Made by a program: the position numbers and the translations under genes. A DNA stretch of 64,000 nt from an uncultured Pseudomonadota bacterium (GTDB taxonomy: Bacteria; Pseudomonadota; Gammaproteobacteria; Methylococcales; Methylomonadaceae). Location of the stretch: contig CAIXED010000071.1 in assembly GCA_903918375.1 (NCBI GenBank), positions 6,875 to 70,874 of the forward strand, read 5' to 3'. Below the pieces are notes generated by a model. That model ran no database searches and had not been told where the DNA came from. It was given only the letters and a program-made list of their open reading frames with translations. Positions 62,530 through 64,000 of the stretch are shown here, one piece after another. Position 1 is the first letter of the stretch. The number at the start of each line of letters is the position of its first letter.

Positions 62530-62576
62530 TCCACGATAGCGATTAGCCAATCGCCATCACATCAAACAGGTGAACA

Positions 62577-63440
62577 ATGATTAGAAGCATGACCGCTTTT
62601 GCCGATGGCGAAATCGCAGTAGAAAACTTAACCATCCTTTGCGAACTGCGCTCGGTCAATCACCGTTACAGCGATGTCAGCGTCAAATTGCCAGAGCGTT
62701 TACGCTTTGTTGAAGCCGATGTTCGTCGCCTGATTGCCGACAAACTTAAACGCGGCAAAATCGAATGTGGCCTAAGTTATAAAAAACAACAAGGTAGCCA
62801 AAGCTTCGCTTTTAACAGCGAGGCGGTCGAAAAACTGCTCGCCGCTACCGCTAGTATTGAAGCCAAAATGAGCAATCCTCAAGCTTTTTCAGCGTTGGAG
62901 GTTTTAGCGTTTCCTGGCGTACAACAAGAAACCGAAGCCGACAAAGAAGCCTTGCGTGAAAAAATCATCACTTTGCTCAATAACACCTTGGACAAAATGC
63001 TGGAAACTCGCGCTAGAGAAGGCGCCCAATTGTCGCTACTCATCGCTGAACGCTGCGAAAAAATCAAGCAACTGGTCGCCGCGGCTCATAAGCGTATGCC
63101 AGAGGTGTTAAGCAATATCCGCAGCAAACTGCATTCGCGAGTAGTGGAAATGGTTGCCGAACCGAATTTTGATCGTTTGGAACAAGAGTTGGTGTTGCTG
63201 GCGCAGAAATTGGATGTTGATGAAGAATTGGATCGATTAGAAACCCATGTCACCGAAGTATTACGGGCTTTAAAACAACCTGAACCCACCGGTCGCCGAT
63301 TGGATTTCTTAATGCAGGAAATGAACCGCGAAGCGAACACTTTGGGATCTAAATCTGCCGATAGAGAAATGACCCAGATTTCGATTGATTTGAAAGTGTT
63401 GATTGAGCAGATGCGGGAGCAAATCCAGAACATTGAATAA
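62577..63440 (+). CDS. yicC: YicC/YloC family endoribonuclease
   Basis: MIRSMTAF, ELRSVNHRY, GRRLDFLMQEMNREANTLGSK, EQMREQIQNIE. Confidence 0.96.
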   Translation: MIRSMTAFADGEIAVENLTILCELRSVNHRYSDVSVKLPERLRFVEADVRRLIADKLKRGKIECGLSYKKQQGSQSFAFNSEAVEKLLAATASIEAKMSNPQAFSALEVLAFPGVQQETEADKEALREKIITLLNNTLDKMLETRAREGAQLSLLIAERCEKIKQLVAAAHKRMPEVLSNIRSKLHSRVVEMVAEPNFDRLEQELVLLAQKLDVDEELDRLETHVTEVLRALKQPEPTGRRLDFLMQEMNREANTLGSKSADREMTQISIDLKVLIEQMREQIQNIE

Positions 63441-63495
63441 CGTTCCAGACCTCGTGTTAAACTTTTCGTCAAATTAAAAGCAAGGATTTAACAAT

Positions 63496-63759
63496 ATGGC
63501 GACCATCACATTTGACACCCATAAATTTATTAGCACGCTAATTGAGGCAGGCTTTGAGGCAAAGCAGGCCGAAGCCGTTTCAGAAGCGTTTAAAGTGGCG
63601 CAAACAGATACTGATGTCGCTTCAAAACAGGATATAGAAAGCTTGCGGCAAGATATGAAGGTCAGCATGTCTGAGTTAAAAGTAGAGTTAATTAAGTGGG
63701 TCACTGGTGCATTAATTGCACAAGCCGCACTGATTGCTACTTTGGTTAAGTTGCTTTGA
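63496..63759 (+). CDS. DUF1640/CCDC90-like small coiled-coil membrane protein
   Basis: FDTHKFISTLIEAGFEAKQAEA...ASKQDI...ELIKW plus a C-terminal TM segment. Confidence 0.8.
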   Translation: MATITFDTHKFISTLIEAGFEAKQAEAVSEAFKVAQTDTDVASKQDIESLRQDMKVSMSELKVELIKWVTGALIAQAALIATLVKLL

Positions 63760-63830
63760 TAAGAAATTGTGATTACGCAAGCCCATCGTTCAGCTAGTGG
63801 TTTTTGGATTGCAACCTAAGTCAATTACGG

Positions 63831-63854
63831 ACCCGTCTTGATGACGGGTTTTTT
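63831..63854 (+). terminator. Rho-independent terminator
   Basis: ACCCGTC-TTGAT-GACGGGT followed by a T-run. Confidence 0.7.
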
Positions 63855-63920
63855 ATGTCTGTTTTTTCCAATCATTCCTCGTAAGTGTTGAAAACAAAGC
63901 GCAAATTTTAAAAATTAATA

Positions 63921-64000
63921 ATGAACCTCTTCACCCTAGACAACCTACTCCCTTACTGGTCCGCCCCTCATCTCCAAGCTAACGCGATGATTTTAATCAA
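63921..64000 (+). CDS. Start of a CDS running off the window, possibly MgtC/SapB family
   Basis: ATG at 63921, open to the window end: MNLFTLDNLLPYWSAPHLQANAMILI. Only 26 codons are visible. Confidence 0.35.
   Translation, partial: MNLFTLDNLLPYWSAPHLQANAMILI

Overview
Chromosomal window from a gammaproteobacterium. Gene order and content (PQQ-system ABC binding protein, hisZ-purA, RegBA) suggest a Methylococcales methanotroph such as Methylomonas; this is an inference, not a database result. The backbone is housekeeping: ychF, ygfZ, heme A synthase, deaD, ratAB, smpB, trpFBA-accD-folC-dedD-cvpA-purF-metZ, xseA, purA-hisZ-hflCKX-hfq, ettA, tatD-tcdA, mfd, regBA and yicC. Three accessory regions interrupt it. 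(1) Positions 1-8412 are the end of a mobilisable element abutting the 3' end of a tRNA-Met(CAT). It encodes a type IV coupling protein, a stand-alone topoisomerase C-terminal-repeat protein, DotA/TraY, a MOBF relaxase-helicase, a putative ADP-ribosyltransferase-like toxin with an unannotated 58-aa partner, H-NS and an RHH protein. (2) Positions 31.8-35.7 kb form a defence-like insert: an Rpn gene with a strong internal start, plus a GC-rich PD-(D/E)xK nuclease/STAND-like NTPase gene. The insert sits inside what looks like a split palindromic recombination site, with no recombinase gene nearby. (3) Positions 53.3-60.5 kb hold a type I restriction-modification locus with a frameshifted hsdM, an inserted YhcG nuclease and a probably truncated distal end. 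Also notable are a ~260-nt multi-hairpin intergenic element, a RegB with a Met/His-rich loop, a membrane protein with three MinD-like amphipathic helices, and a sterol/tocopherol-type methyltransferase. All product calls come from motif recognition by eye; no searches were run.
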